From: a virus
Virus record (IMG/VR): IMGVR_UViG_3300032753_001573
Coordinates: 64,001 to 128,000 of that record
Length of the DNA: 64,000 nucleotides
Strand: one strand, 5' to 3'
Shown here: one piece after another, positions 10,000-20,815 of the stretch
Numbering within the stretch: position 1 is the stretch's first letter
How the letters are laid out: each line of letters opens with the position of its first letter
Program-made: the position numbers and the translations under genes
Notes under the pieces: generated by a model
The model's input: only the letters and a program-made list of their open reading frames with translations
What the model was told of the DNA's origin: nothing
The model's database searches: none

Positions 10000-10775
10000 A
10001 ATCCCTTAAGACCTATTTCCAAGATTTAACCGCAACATCATCAGAAGGTGTTGCCAATTGTGTGGAGAATGAAGCCATGAGACCCCTCAAGAAATATGCA
10101 CAGGTTGATTTAAACGGTTCAGAAGGTCTGTATGACACTAATATTGACCGTTGGAGTCGTAATGCCAAACATCACATGGCTAAGAGTGAACTAGCAGGTG
10201 CAATGGATTTGCCTATCTTTGAAGAAGGTGATACAGCTATCTATGAGGGACAAGAAGTGTCTGTCAAGATCCCACAGGGACCAAAAGGTACTACTGGTAT
10301 TATGTTTGAAGGTCATCTCAAGATGGTACATCAAAGTAAACTAGAGAAGATTGAAGAAGGTGTAATGGGTGGATTGCAGAGTCTAAATCCTCTCAATAGA
10401 ATTATGCAGCTTGCTGGTTTAGAACATACCGGTGCTGTAAGCACTGACACTATTGAAGAAGCTGAAGTTGTGACAGAAGCAGATGCAGCAGGTATGTTGT
10501 CACAGTTGGTAGCTTCTGCACAGAATATGCCCCAGTACAAAAACAATGAAGAAGCTGCAAGATTATATGTCATTGGAAGTATACTCAGTGAGATATATCA
10601 AGATGTCACTACCAATAAGTTGCAGACTGTTGTTGGACAGGGCAAGATGACAGAATTAACTCCGTTGGGTGCAATGGGTGCTGATCTTATCAAGACTGCA
10701 CAGAGTTTGTCTCAAGGATCGACAGCGTCATCAACTCCTGCGCAGACACAGGGTCAATCCACAGCACAGGCATAA
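9996..10775 (+). CDS. Putative head-associated protein
   Basis: RIMQLAGL motif and I/VxE protease-type sites; late operon. Confidence 0.5.
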   Translation: MKSLKTYFQDLTATSSEGVANCVENEAMRPLKKYAQVDLNGSEGLYDTNIDRWSRNAKHHMAKSELAGAMDLPIFEEGDTAIYEGQEVSVKIPQGPKGTTGIMFEGHLKMVHQSKLEKIEEGVMGGLQSLNPLNRIMQLAGLEHTGAVSTDTIEEAEVVTEADAAGMLSQLVASAQNMPQYKNNEEAARLYVIGSILSEIYQDVTTNKLQTVVGQGKMTELTPLGAMGADLIKTAQSLSQGSTASSTPAQTQGQSTAQA

Positions 10776-10778
10776 TGC

Positions 10779-11000
10779 ATGAGATTTATAGAGATACAAG
10801 GCGGGCTAAGAGTTCCTGTTAGTAATGAGGAATTGGTTGTTGCGGACATCATCCGCAACAATCATGAGCCTATGCCTAAATCAAAATTAAACATAAGAGA
10901 ACAAGAATTAGCTCGTAATCTTGTACACAAGGGCATCATAGATAGAGTATTGATTGATGAAAAGATGCATTTTGTTTACAATGATATAAATGACTTCTAA
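10779..11000 (+). CDS. Small winged-helix-like hypothetical protein
   Basis: SNEE...REQELARNLVHKGII pattern. Confidence 0.55.
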   Translation: MRFIEIQGGLRVPVSNEELVVADIIRNNHEPMPKSKLNIREQELARNLVHKGIIDRVLIDEKMHFVYNDINDF

Positions 11001-11014
11001 TAAGTGGAGAAACT

Positions 11015-11677
11015 ATGTCAGTATCACAGCAAGACAGAGATGCCATGAAACGGATATTAGGTGCATTAAATGGCGATCTCACATATGAAGAACCTTTGAA
11101 TTTGCACGAAAGCCAAACTTCTCAAGTAGAACTAGCTGGCCTAGGACAAGTCACTCAGAAAGACATAACCGCTATGGCAGATGTTCTCAAGAAGTTGAAC
11201 AATGTCACCGCGCAGGTTGTAACTGAGAGCAAGTTCAATCCTCAGTTAGCTGAAGCTGTTAATACTTCAAAGGTTGAAGATGGTGTTAAAGTAGGTAACT
11301 ATCAGATAATGATCAAAGAAGATGCCAAGAGAATGGCCGGTAAGCAATATTACAGCATTTATCACAGCCAAACACATGACGTTATAGCAGACGACATTAC
11401 CTTATATGAAACAGCATTATCGGTAGTTAAACTATTAAATTCTGGCAAGTTTGCAAATTCACCAATAGTTAGAAAACTATTTGAGGCTGATGATAGATAT
11501 ACAGCAAATAAAACTGATGCAATGAGATTTAAATCACTATCAAAGTCTGCTCAGAACAAGATGGATTTTAACAAGAGCGACTTATATGAGAGTCGATACC
11601 AATCTAGTGTCAACAATGCTATGGCGGCTAAGAGAGACATCAAGAAGATCATAGAAGAGAGCCGCAGGGGTAAGTGA
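11015..11677 (+). CDS. Hypothetical late protein
   Basis: 220-aa ORF with GGAG SD. Confidence 0.6.
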   Translation: MSVSQQDRDAMKRILGALNGDLTYEEPLNLHESQTSQVELAGLGQVTQKDITAMADVLKKLNNVTAQVVTESKFNPQLAEAVNTSKVEDGVKVGNYQIMIKEDAKRMAGKQYYSIYHSQTHDVIADDITLYETALSVVKLLNSGKFANSPIVRKLFEADDRYTANKTDAMRFKSLSKSAQNKMDFNKSDLYESRYQSSVNNAMAAKRDIKKIIEESRRGK

Positions 11678-11678
11678 T

Positions 11679-11996
11679 ATGCCTGTGATCATAACTGAAT
11701 CTGCTGCAAACAGATTTAAATCAATGATAACTCCACTTGGTCCTATACCTAGGATTGAAATTGTAGCTGGAGGTTGCAATGGGTTTGAGAAACGATTCAG
11801 TATGGATAATCAACGAGAAGATGATATCTGCATTGATTTACCAAACGGTGCATGTGTCTTGATAGACGGCATGAGTTATGATCTATTGAGTAACAGTACC
11901 GTTGACTACAAGACTAGCCTAACTGGAAACTATTTCTCTATTGAAATACCAGAATCAACTAGCACATGCGGTTGCGGAACTAGTTTCAGCTTATAA
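11679..11996 (+). CDS. iscA: Iron-sulfur cluster assembly A-type carrier (IscA/HesB/ErpA family)
   Basis: ITESAA, GGCNG, DYK and C-terminal TCGCGTSF. Confidence 0.92.
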   Translation: MPVIITESAANRFKSMITPLGPIPRIEIVAGGCNGFEKRFSMDNQREDDICIDLPNGACVLIDGMSYDLLSNSTVDYKTSLTGNYFSIEIPESTSTCGCGTSFSL

Positions 11997-12088
11997 GATT
12001 TGATAGGTTTCTTGATATCATCAAGGTCTTTGGCGTTGATAAATAAATACCATAGCATCATTATGGCCCGCAGTGGGAAAGGTTATCA

Positions 12089-14998
12089 ATGTTTATCAAC
12101 GATTTCGAAAACAGCAATGAATATAAGCTGCAACAAATCACACACACTCTAAAGAGTGTGCATGGTATAGAACTATCACTAGACGAAGCAACACAAGAAG
12201 ATCTCAATGCTATACAACAAAGCAGTGAGATCATAAAGAACAGCATAGTTAGTGAAAGCCAGTTTAACACATATAATACCAATCCCGAATATACCAAGCA
12301 CATGTTGATCATGGAAGCTATACGTTTGTACCTAACTGAGATAGCACCAAAGCGCAGCAAAAAGACCAAAGTCAAAGAAAATGCTGTACCTAGCACTCCC
12401 ACAACATCAACCACACAGGCACAGAATAAGCCACAGCCTGGCATGATAAATGTTCAGAAAGGTACTGACAAAAAGACAGTTCCCGCAGCACAGCTTGCCA
12501 ATCTACAACAGCAGGGGTATAGTGTAGTTGGTGACGATGAAATAGAAGAAAAATCACTAGAGGAAATGCCTAGTGTTCGATCAATGGATAGAGCAAGTAG
12601 GTCATGGGCCGACAAAATGAAATATTTAGATCGTCAACGCCGTGCGGTCTCTCCATATAAAATAGGCGACGACATTAAACGTCGCGATGCCGAAGCAGAT
12701 ATGGAAAAGGCAAAGGCAGAATATTTTGCAAAGGGCGGCACAGTAAAAAAAGTTGGCGAAACAAGTGATGTTGAATCTAATTCTGAACTTGCATCTCTTA
12801 TGAAGAAATATGGAATTGAAGAAGAAATTACTGACGAGGGTAATGAATTCTCTGGTGCATTAGCTGCTGCTAAAGCTGCTGGTAAAGACACCTTTGAAGT
12901 AGGCGGCAAGACTTATAATGTTAATGAGTCTGTACAGATCAATGAAGCTAAGTTTGATCACGATAGCTATCAGGCTAGCATGGCTCGCAGCGAGCTATAT
13001 CGCAATACCAAGTATGCGCTAGACATGATGAAGATGATCAAACCTGAAGATGACATACAGCCATGGATAGCAGCAAACCTAACCAAAGCTGCAAATTATC
13101 TCGACAAGATATTCCATTATCTAGATTATTACACTACATTTGAACCAAGCCAATTGCCGGAAGATATGGACATGGATCCAGAAGTCAGCAATATGGAGCT
13201 TGGAGAAACCAGCGGCAGCATTGCTCGTGAGAGCCTGTTGATGATTGTAGAGTACAGCACCAAATTGTTCAACATGATCCAGCCAGGAGATAAACTAGAA
13301 GGTTGGGTAGCTATGAAGCTAACTACTGCTAGCGAATGCGTTAGTAGCAGCAAGCACTATCTAGAATATGCACAGTTTGAGAAGCATGCCAGTGACATGC
13401 TGCACGACGTAGACGGCATGGAGCAGGAAGGTACAGATATGAAGAAGCCAATCAAAGAAAGTGTAGGCCAGATGCTATATCGCATGATGATCAATGAAGA
13501 TCAGGACCTTGCACAGGCACAGGTATTACTTGCAGCCAAAGCATTGAGTGATGATCTGCAAGACATGGCAGAGAAGCTAGCCAAGATGAGTGTTGAGGAT
13601 CTTATGCCTCTAGTAGATAGCATGAAGGATCAATTTGGTCCAGAGGCTGCTGACGGTTACAATTCTGCTATGAAGCAGTCTCTAGAGAGCTTGTTGAATG
13701 CAACTACAGAAGCTAAGGAAACCAGCGACAATGCTATTACCCAGCTACAGGGCGGGCAAATACCAGGTGCAGAAGACACAATGGGCGGGGAAGCTCCTGC
13801 TCCTGAAGTACCAGGTGAAGAAGGCGGAGAAGCTGCTATGCCAGAAGTACCAGAGGAACCACTTGGTCGTGCCAAGAAGGAAGAAGAGCCAGAAGCAGTA
13901 GCTGAAGCTTGGGGTACTACTATGAAGACCAAAGAAAAAGACAAGGGCATGTGGGACGGTTGGACCGTTGCAGAACTCAAAGCTGAAAAGGCCAAGCTCA
14001 TGAAGAAGGAAGAGCGCAGTGCAGCTGAGCAAAAGAAAGTCAAGCAGATTGACTTTGCTATCCGTGCTAAGCAGAAGAACAAGTGGGGCAAGATCAAAGA
14101 GAGCGAGCAGCTCGATGAGAAGAATAAAGAGAATGCTGCCAAAATGAAAGATCTCAAGCAGAAAGGTGTAGTCAAGAAAGATCCAACGGACAAGATCAGC
14201 AAGTTTGATCCTCGCACCGATCTAAAGTTAAAGAAGGACGGCAAAGTAGAGGAAGCCAAGAAGGCAAAGCCAGACTTCCTAGACGTTGACAAGGACGGCA
14301 ACAAGAAAGAGTCCTTCAAGAAGGCTGTCAAGGACAAAGCCAAAGCTGACAAGAACAAGAAGGTTGACGAAGCTGCTCTAAAAGAAGTTGCACCTCCAGG
14401 CAAGAAGGCTGAGGAATTCATCAAGGGCAACAAGGAGAGCTTCAAGAAGCGCTACGGCAAGCGTTGGCAGGAAGTACTGTATGCTACAGCTTGGAAGAAG
14501 TTTGGCGACAAGAGCGAGAGCTACGTCAAAGCTGAGAAGATGCTGGAAAGCAATCTAGCTTGGTTAGCCAAAATAGAATCAGCATTTGCTGCTCACAAGA
14601 AGCAGTTCTCACGTATGCTAAGCGAAGGTAAAGTTGACGATCCTTTGAATATGGGTTATGGCCTAGATGGCGAGCTTATGCTAGAGCAAATGACTGACAT
14701 GAACGCAGTTATTGCCAAGTTGCGTGAGATGATCAAGAATGAAGTCAAGCAGGGTACTATAGATTTGATAGTAGCCGAGCAGACTGCAGCAAAGATCAAA
14801 ACTGTTCAGGAAGCTAAAGCTGCTGCACCATATGGCGTAGCATGGAAGACTAAAGCAGGAAAGACTGAGGCCAAGTTCTTTGAGAACAGCAGCGATCGTG
14901 ATTACTGGCTAGGTTTAAAGAAGCTTAAAGAAGCCAAGCTGATCAACCCTGATCACTTTGACAAGCAAATCAACAAGCTATCTGGCAAGAAGGATTGA
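12089..14998 (+). CDS. Large modular head/prohead-core-like protein
   Basis: 969 aa, Lys/Glu-rich, many (I/L/V)xE sites, duplicated helical module, KPDFLDVDKDGNKKE motif. Confidence 0.55.
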   Translation: MFINDFENSNEYKLQQITHTLKSVHGIELSLDEATQEDLNAIQQSSEIIKNSIVSESQFNTYNTNPEYTKHMLIMEAIRLYLTEIAPKRSKKTKVKENAVPSTPTTSTTQAQNKPQPGMINVQKGTDKKTVPAAQLANLQQQGYSVVGDDEIEEKSLEEMPSVRSMDRASRSWADKMKYLDRQRRAVSPYKIGDDIKRRDAEADMEKAKAEYFAKGGTVKKVGETSDVESNSELASLMKKYGIEEEITDEGNEFSGALAAAKAAGKDTFEVGGKTYNVNESVQINEAKFDHDSYQASMARSELYRNTKYALDMMKMIKPEDDIQPWIAANLTKAANYLDKIFHYLDYYTTFEPSQLPEDMDMDPEVSNMELGETSGSIARESLLMIVEYSTKLFNMIQPGDKLEGWVAMKLTTASECVSSSKHYLEYAQFEKHASDMLHDVDGMEQEGTDMKKPIKESVGQMLYRMMINEDQDLAQAQVLLAAKALSDDLQDMAEKLAKMSVEDLMPLVDSMKDQFGPEAADGYNSAMKQSLESLLNATTEAKETSDNAITQLQGGQIPGAEDTMGGEAPAPEVPGEEGGEAAMPEVPEEPLGRAKKEEEPEAVAEAWGTTMKTKEKDKGMWDGWTVAELKAEKAKLMKKEERSAAEQKKVKQIDFAIRAKQKNKWGKIKESEQLDEKNKENAAKMKDLKQKGVVKKDPTDKISKFDPRTDLKLKKDGKVEEAKKAKPDFLDVDKDGNKKESFKKAVKDKAKADKNKKVDEAALKEVAPPGKKAEEFIKGNKESFKKRYGKRWQEVLYATAWKKFGDKSESYVKAEKMLESNLAWLAKIESAFAAHKKQFSRMLSEGKVDDPLNMGYGLDGELMLEQMTDMNAVIAKLREMIKNEVKQGTIDLIVAEQTAAKIKTVQEAKAAAPYGVAWKTKAGKTEAKFFENSSDRDYWLGLKKLKEAKLINPDHFDKQINKLSGKKD

Positions 14999-15346
14999 TT
15001 GCTGATGAGATATGCCGAGCTTACAGCACTGCCCGCAACGCCAGATGAAGCCAAAGCCAGCATATTGGATTTGGTCACGGTAGCTATAGGCAACGGAAAG
15101 ACTGAGATACCAATGGATGAGGTCCTAGACGTGTTACATCAACAGGGATGGGATCTCACTCGACGCATGATCATGGATATCCTCAAGGATAATGAAATGA
15201 TCAAGCGCACTACCAAAGACAAGATAATCCTCAAAGGCGACACTGAGGATACAGGCGACGCTTCTCAAGATGAAATTGAAAAGAGCAAGAAGCACGTTGA
15301 CAAGATGGCTAAGAAAGCTCTGAAGAACCAAGCAGGTAAGATGTAA
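14999..15346 (+). CDS. Hypothetical protein
   Basis: ORF between two structural genes, coupled at both ends. Confidence 0.6.
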   Translation: MLMRYAELTALPATPDEAKASILDLVTVAIGNGKTEIPMDEVLDVLHQQGWDLTRRMIMDILKDNEMIKRTTKDKIILKGDTEDTGDASQDEIEKSKKHVDKMAKKALKNQAGKM

Positions 15347-17826
15347 TGGCCGGTAATATGATCTTCATAAATGCAACAGATGCTAGGCAGAATCCTATCA
15401 GAGAACATGTTATACACGATGAAGGTAAGGCGATTGAAAGTGCTGTTCTCGATGCAGTGCAAGCTGGATTGTATTCGGTTATTGTAAGCGATGGCACTCC
15501 CATGACACAAAGTACTGTTGTGGCTAGCTCTGTCACCAACGTTGATACATCTACTAGCACATTCTTTGTGCCCAATCATGGGTTCTCTACAGGCGATACT
15601 GTAAAGGTTAGCGGCACTGGAACATTGCCCAGTCCTCTTGTTAGCACATCTAGTTATTATGTGATATATGTAGATCCAAATAACATCAAATTAGCTGCTA
15701 CGATGCAGAATGCAATAAGCGGTAGACCTATACCTATAACTATTACTCAGGGTGTTAACAACGTACAATTGGTTGATCAGGGTAGCGGGTATTTGCTAGC
15801 TCCTACAATTACATTTACCGGCGGCAATCCAACGGTATCTGCTACAGCTCTTGCTAATCTAGCAAATTACGGTAGCGTTAGCAGCATAGCAGTGATAAGC
15901 AACGGTGGCGGATATACAGATGTACCAACAGTTAGCATAGTAGCACAAGGTGCTGGTGCAACTGCTGGTACAGTTAATATGGGAGTAGTAGCTGCTACAG
16001 TATCAGCTGGAGGTAGCAGCTATAGGCTAAATGATACGTTAACAGTGCTAGGTGGAACTGGTACCGCTGCTGTACTGACAATTACCGATGTTGACGATAC
16101 TGGTGCTGTGTTATCTGTAACAGTTACTAGTGCCGGAGCATACTCTGTATTGCCATCACTAAGCGGAGTGTCTACGATAGCTATACCAAGCGGCGGTAAT
16201 GGATGCACACTTAATCTCAACATGGGTGTAGCAAGTATATCAGTAGCTGCAGGTGGTGCAGGATATACTGCACAACCGTTTGTATCGATAATAAGCAATT
16301 CTGGCACAGGTACAACTGCTACTGCATTGGTAACAGCTGGTACAGTAGTACAAGTAAACATAACTAATCCTGGTAGTGGTTATACAGACATTCCCTCTGT
16401 AGAGTTTATCAGTGGTGAGAATGCATCTGCAATAGCAATATTACAACCAACCGAAGTAGGCAATATTACTGTCACTAATAATGGTGGCAATACATACACT
16501 GACATACCAGATGTTGGTATAATAGCAGCCGGTAGTGGTGCAACAGCTGGTCAAGTATATATGAGTGTTACCGCTGTAACACTAGATGCTAGTGGTGTTA
16601 ATTATACAGTTGGCGATACGTTGCTCGTAGCTGGAGGTGCAGGTAGTACAAATGCTACCATACAGGTTATGGGAGTTGGTGCTCAAGGACAAATAACTGG
16701 ATATGTGTTGACAACAGGCGGTATATACAGGCAATTACCTCCGTTGGTTAATAACAGCGTGCTAGGTGGTACAGGTACAGCCGCAACGTTTAACCTAACA
16801 ATGAGCGTGTATGGTGTAGATGTACAAAATCCAGGAAGTGGTTATGTTACACCACCAACTGTTGTTATAACTGATTCTACCGGATATGGTGCTAGTGTTA
16901 TATCAACAATTGAAAATGGACAAGTTACTGCATTAACAGTGGTAGCACCAGGCACAGCTTATACAGACATACCAACAATAACTATAACAAGTGGAGAAGG
17001 TGCTATAGGTATTCCTTACCTAGTACCAACCGGTGTTGCATCATTCAATATTGGAAATGTTGGATCAGGATATACCTACGCTACTGTGCAAATAACAGGT
17101 ACAGGAATCAATGCGTCTGCTGATGCCAACATAGTAGACGGTCAAGTAGTTGGATTAGTAGTAGATCAAGCTGGTACTGGATATACAAGCGCTCCTAACG
17201 TTACTATACAGGGTGACGGTGTTGGTGCAGAAGCTACAGCGGTCTTAATTCCAACAGCACTCAATTATATTGCTGTAACTGACGGCGGAGATGGATATAC
17301 AAGTCCGCCTAATGTTGTTATATCTGGTGCAGCAACAGCTACCGCTTCTCTAGCTCCAACCGGTATTGATCGTATTGATATAGTAAACGGTGGCGATACT
17401 TATACCAGTGTTCCTATCGTTAACATAATACCTGCAGATGATCAACAGGGATCGGTAACAGCACCTTCCACAAGTACCAGCATAGGATATAGTGTTGGTG
17501 CTATAAACATTACAAACAGTGGCACAGGATATCAATCTGCACCAACTGTAAACATCAGTGCACCTCAAGCAACTGACGGCAACATTGCTGTAGCAACTGC
17601 TACTATAGGCATTGGACAAGGAAGCCTTAGCATATCATTGTATCCAGCTAGTTTGGATTACTATGCTGTGTGGAAGAATCTAACTCCAAGCGATCCCAGT
17701 GTGGTTAGACCTTATTCTGATAGGATGACTACAGTAATCAATTATTTTACCAATCTAGGTTATACTATCACGCAACAGACTAACCCAGCAACCGGTAATA
17801 CAATGCAGTGGTTGGTGTCTTGGTAA
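15346..17826 (+). CDS. Virion structural protein with G-x-G-Y-T-x-x-P beta repeats (baseplate/tail-fibre-like)
   Basis: Many GSGY/GGGY..PTV repeats; N-terminal HGFSTGD...YYVI...IKLA module. Confidence 0.7.
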   Translation: MAGNMIFINATDARQNPIREHVIHDEGKAIESAVLDAVQAGLYSVIVSDGTPMTQSTVVASSVTNVDTSTSTFFVPNHGFSTGDTVKVSGTGTLPSPLVSTSSYYVIYVDPNNIKLAATMQNAISGRPIPITITQGVNNVQLVDQGSGYLLAPTITFTGGNPTVSATALANLANYGSVSSIAVISNGGGYTDVPTVSIVAQGAGATAGTVNMGVVAATVSAGGSSYRLNDTLTVLGGTGTAAVLTITDVDDTGAVLSVTVTSAGAYSVLPSLSGVSTIAIPSGGNGCTLNLNMGVASISVAAGGAGYTAQPFVSIISNSGTGTTATALVTAGTVVQVNITNPGSGYTDIPSVEFISGENASAIAILQPTEVGNITVTNNGGNTYTDIPDVGIIAAGSGATAGQVYMSVTAVTLDASGVNYTVGDTLLVAGGAGSTNATIQVMGVGAQGQITGYVLTTGGIYRQLPPLVNNSVLGGTGTAATFNLTMSVYGVDVQNPGSGYVTPPTVVITDSTGYGASVISTIENGQVTALTVVAPGTAYTDIPTITITSGEGAIGIPYLVPTGVASFNIGNVGSGYTYATVQITGTGINASADANIVDGQVVGLVVDQAGTGYTSAPNVTIQGDGVGAEATAVLIPTALNYIAVTDGGDGYTSPPNVVISGAATATASLAPTGIDRIDIVNGGDTYTSVPIVNIIPADDQQGSVTAPSTSTSIGYSVGAINITNSGTGYQSAPTVNISAPQATDGNIAVATATIGIGQGSLSISLYPASLDYYAVWKNLTPSDPSVVRPYSDRMTTVINYFTNLGYTITQQTNPATGNTMQWLVSW

Positions 17827-17839
17827 TACAGATATTTAG

Positions 17840-18106
17840 ATGAGAAGCACGCTACACGGCCCCGACGAGTTCCTGCTAAAAAGCAAGAAACCTCATATAC
17901 AAGCATTGGTAGCTAGGGTCAACGATATGTCTATAGAGGACATTGAAAACCTTAATGAAAAATCTGATATCAAGCGTGGTTTGAAAGAACTCAAGAAGAA
18001 AAACAATCAAGCTGAGGCTGCACTAGTTGCAACACGCCTTGCAGATATCATGACAGCAAAACATCATCCTGAACTAGCTAGACAAACGGATCAATCTAAT
18101 ACATAA
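17840..18106 (+). CDS. Hypothetical protein
   Basis: 88-aa ORF in operon orientation. Confidence 0.5.
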   Translation: MRSTLHGPDEFLLKSKKPHIQALVARVNDMSIEDIENLNEKSDIKRGLKELKKKNNQAEAALVATRLADIMTAKHHPELARQTDQSNT

Positions 18107-18112
18107 TGATTT

Positions 18113-18793
18113 ATGAAATTAAATCAAATCTACACCTACAAGAAACTAGATAGACAGGACGGCGGCGCACAAGGTCGCGTTTATGTTGATGAAATTGGGA
18201 ATAAGATACCAAGTGTTACAACGATACTGGGTGCTACCAAAGACAAATCTCATTTGGTAGCATGGAGAAAGCGTGTCGGCGATGAAAATGCCAAACGCAT
18301 CACTGAAGAGTCGGCTGGACTTGGAACTACTATGCATGCCCATCTAGAAGCTCACATACTTGGTGAGCAAAGGCCGGGCGGCAACAACTATGGTAGATTG
18401 ATGGCCAAAAAGATGGCAGATACTGTTATCTCAGAAGGTCTCATAGACGTTGACGAAGTGTGGGGAGTAGAAGCTCATTTGCATTATGAAAATCTCTGGG
18501 CAGGTACTACAGATCTCGCAGGAGTTTTTCAAGGTAAGCCAGCTATTATGGATTTCAAAACTACTATCAAACCCAAGAAGCGTGAATGGGTTGAAGATTA
18601 TCAGATGCAGCTGACCGCATATGCTATGGCTCATGATTCTCTATACAAAACCAATATACAAACTGTTGTAGTGTTTATGGTTAGTCGAGAGTGCGAGTTT
18701 CAAAGATTTGTATGGACTGGTACTGAGTTTGAAGAAGGCAAACTCAAATGGGCTAACCGAGTAAGCGACTATTACGAAAAATATGTGTTATGA
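18113..18793 (+). CDS. PD-(D/E)XK exonuclease (Cas4/RecB-like phage exonuclease)
   Basis: PSVTTIL, GTTMH, AGTTD, IMDFKT, QLTAYA motifs. Confidence 0.88.
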   Translation: MKLNQIYTYKKLDRQDGGAQGRVYVDEIGNKIPSVTTILGATKDKSHLVAWRKRVGDENAKRITEESAGLGTTMHAHLEAHILGEQRPGGNNYGRLMAKKMADTVISEGLIDVDEVWGVEAHLHYENLWAGTTDLAGVFQGKPAIMDFKTTIKPKKREWVEDYQMQLTAYAMAHDSLYKTNIQTVVVFMVSRECEFQRFVWTGTEFEEGKLKWANRVSDYYEKYVL

Positions 18794-19174
18794 TTAAGTT
18801 ATTGGCTTGCTCTTGAAAATTTCAGGATGTGCCTTATCAAAATGTCGCATGATGATGCCAGCTACAGCATGCGCCTGATTCTCAATATCACTGCCCGTCT
18901 CACCACTCTTTGAATCTATATCACCATTTAAGAATTGCTTGTAATGAGTCAATTCGTGGGCAAGAGTTCTCATTATGTCTAACGGATGACGGTTCTTGAT
19001 CTCTATGCTTATGGTTTGATCACCATTCTTGAACATTCCAAATGTTGGCTGTTTACCGGTGATCCCTCCAGTAGTCAACCATTTGATTTTTGGCAATTTA
19101 TCTAGATCTAATTCTTCCATACAGAGTTTAAGAAATTCTCTCATAGCTTCAATAAATGCTTGATGGTTTGTCAT
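18794..19174 (-). CDS. Zn-metallopeptidase-like protein
   Basis: RTLAHELTH (HExxH) plus downstream ENQAHAVAG. Confidence 0.75.
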   Translation of the reverse strand: MTNHQAFIEAMREFLKLCMEELDLDKLPKIKWLTTGGITGKQPTFGMFKNGDQTISIEIKNRHPLDIMRTLAHELTHYKQFLNGDIDSKSGETGSDIENQAHAVAGIIMRHFDKAHPEIFKSKPIT

Positions 19175-19251
19175 AACTACAGTTCTCTTTTGTTGATATT
19201 TATTAAATTTAGGGCACTGATAAATATCATACGCATTGGAGTTGAACTAAA

Positions 19252-20814
19252 ATGGCAATTACATCTATATCAAGGATACAGCATCGTAGAGGCATCAAGA
19301 CCGATTTACCTGCTAATTTATATGAAGGTGAGCTTGGCTGGTGCTTAGATACTCGAGAATTGTATATTGGTAATGGTCCAACAACCAATGGCAATAGCCA
19401 GATACTTAGTCAATATAGTGATAATGATCAATTGATTACACACGTTTATAGAGGTAGTGCATCTATACCTGCAACTACTAATTCTAGTACGGGTACACCA
19501 ATTGCTAGACCGTTGGGTGCTATATTAGACGATTGGATAAGTGTGAAAGATTACGGCGCTATGGGTGACGGTGTTACAGATGACACTGCTGCTATACAGC
19601 GTGCTATAAATGATAGATGGGCTACTCAAGATTTCAGTTGCATAAGGTTTCCTGCAGGTGTGTATTTGGTTAGCAATACCATATATGTACTACCTAATGT
19701 ATCTTTAATAGGAGAAGGGTCCCAAGCAACGATATTAAAAATGTTTTCAGCTGGGTCAAGCACAACTTGCGTTATTTCTACAGCAGACAGCATTGGCCAA
19801 ACAGGAACTAGCATTGGGTTGTCAAATGCAGTATTACCTAATAATATTACTATACAAGGTATTACTATTGATACTACTCAAAATTCTTCCATTGATGGTA
19901 TTAAATTACAGCGTAGTAGTGAGGTACTGATATCAGATTTATCTGTTATTGGCAATTGGACGACTGGTCAAAATCCTCAAATGAATAGTAATGTACCAAT
20001 GACCAATGGAATTTCTATAGAGACCTTAGGTAGTCTTTATCTAGCAGATGTAGTTAAGATAAGAAATTATAGCGCAAACGGATTTGCAAACGGTATCTAT
20101 TGTAATGATGTTGCTAGATATATTACTATAGATGTATTTGATATCAATAATTGCTTTAGAGGAGTTGTATTCGAAGCTAACATAGCTACAAACACCAATG
20201 GGCCGCGATATGTTAGAGTAACTAACGGCTCATTTAGAAACATAGATTTTTACGGGTTGGTTGTTAGCAGCAGTAACCCTGGCATCGTAAGTGGTAATAA
20301 TACATATGATACAGTAGGTAATGTATATAATTCTCCCCCAATATTTTTTGGAACATCGAGCAATAACTGCTCAAGTATAAACGATACTTTCTCTAATATT
20401 AATGGAAATTTAATAGAGATAGGAAATCCAATAAGTAACATCATAATATCTCCACAAAAAGTTAGTACAGCAATACAGGATGTTACACCAGTTGGACCAG
20501 TTGAATTGTTAGATAATTCAACAAACATGAGCACTGGTATTGAATGGAACAGTTCTATAAACAATACTTTGTTCCTTCATTACAGCATCAAAAGAGGTAC
20601 ATCTAGAAGAGCGGGAAAACTTACTGTAATAAGTGATGGCACTTCTGTTGATTTTGATGATGAAGGTGTTGACCTAAATCCAGATGTTTTGGGTACGGTG
20701 GGAGTAACTTGGTCTACAACTGTAGTTGATGGTATAATAAGTCTTATGTATAATACAACAAGCACCGGCACTAATGGAAATCTTTGGTATACACAAATGT
20801 CTTGGTTTATGTAA
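19252..20814 (+). CDS. Tailspike/depolymerase-like virion protein (Mtd_N-like head plus pectate-lyase-3 beta-helix)
   Basis: RIQHRRG...GELGWCLDTRELYIG N-terminus; SVKDYGAMGDGVTDDTAAIQRA and FPAGVY. Confidence 0.8.
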   Translation: MAITSISRIQHRRGIKTDLPANLYEGELGWCLDTRELYIGNGPTTNGNSQILSQYSDNDQLITHVYRGSASIPATTNSSTGTPIARPLGAILDDWISVKDYGAMGDGVTDDTAAIQRAINDRWATQDFSCIRFPAGVYLVSNTIYVLPNVSLIGEGSQATILKMFSAGSSTTCVISTADSIGQTGTSIGLSNAVLPNNITIQGITIDTTQNSSIDGIKLQRSSEVLISDLSVIGNWTTGQNPQMNSNVPMTNGISIETLGSLYLADVVKIRNYSANGFANGIYCNDVARYITIDVFDINNCFRGVVFEANIATNTNGPRYVRVTNGSFRNIDFYGLVVSSSNPGIVSGNNTYDTVGNVYNSPPIFFGTSSNNCSSINDTFSNINGNLIEIGNPISNIIISPQKVSTAIQDVTPVGPVELLDNSTNMSTGIEWNSSINNTLFLHYSIKRGTSRRAGKLTVISDGTSVDFDDEGVDLNPDVLGTVGVTWSTTVVDGIISLMYNTTSTGTNGNLWYTQMSWFM

Positions 20815-20815
20815 G

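Noticed and set aside
13657-14445. 262-aa minus-strand ORF and similar antisense ORFs over large genes (e.g. 12061, 16020, 33379, 60760, 61411)
   Set aside because: Shadow frames of well-supported plus-strand genes; low-complexity, with no SD or motifs.
15346-17826. Repeats in the 826-aa protein as a DNA repeat element
   Set aside because: Repeats are at the protein level with diverged codons, typical of T4-like baseplate/tail proteins.
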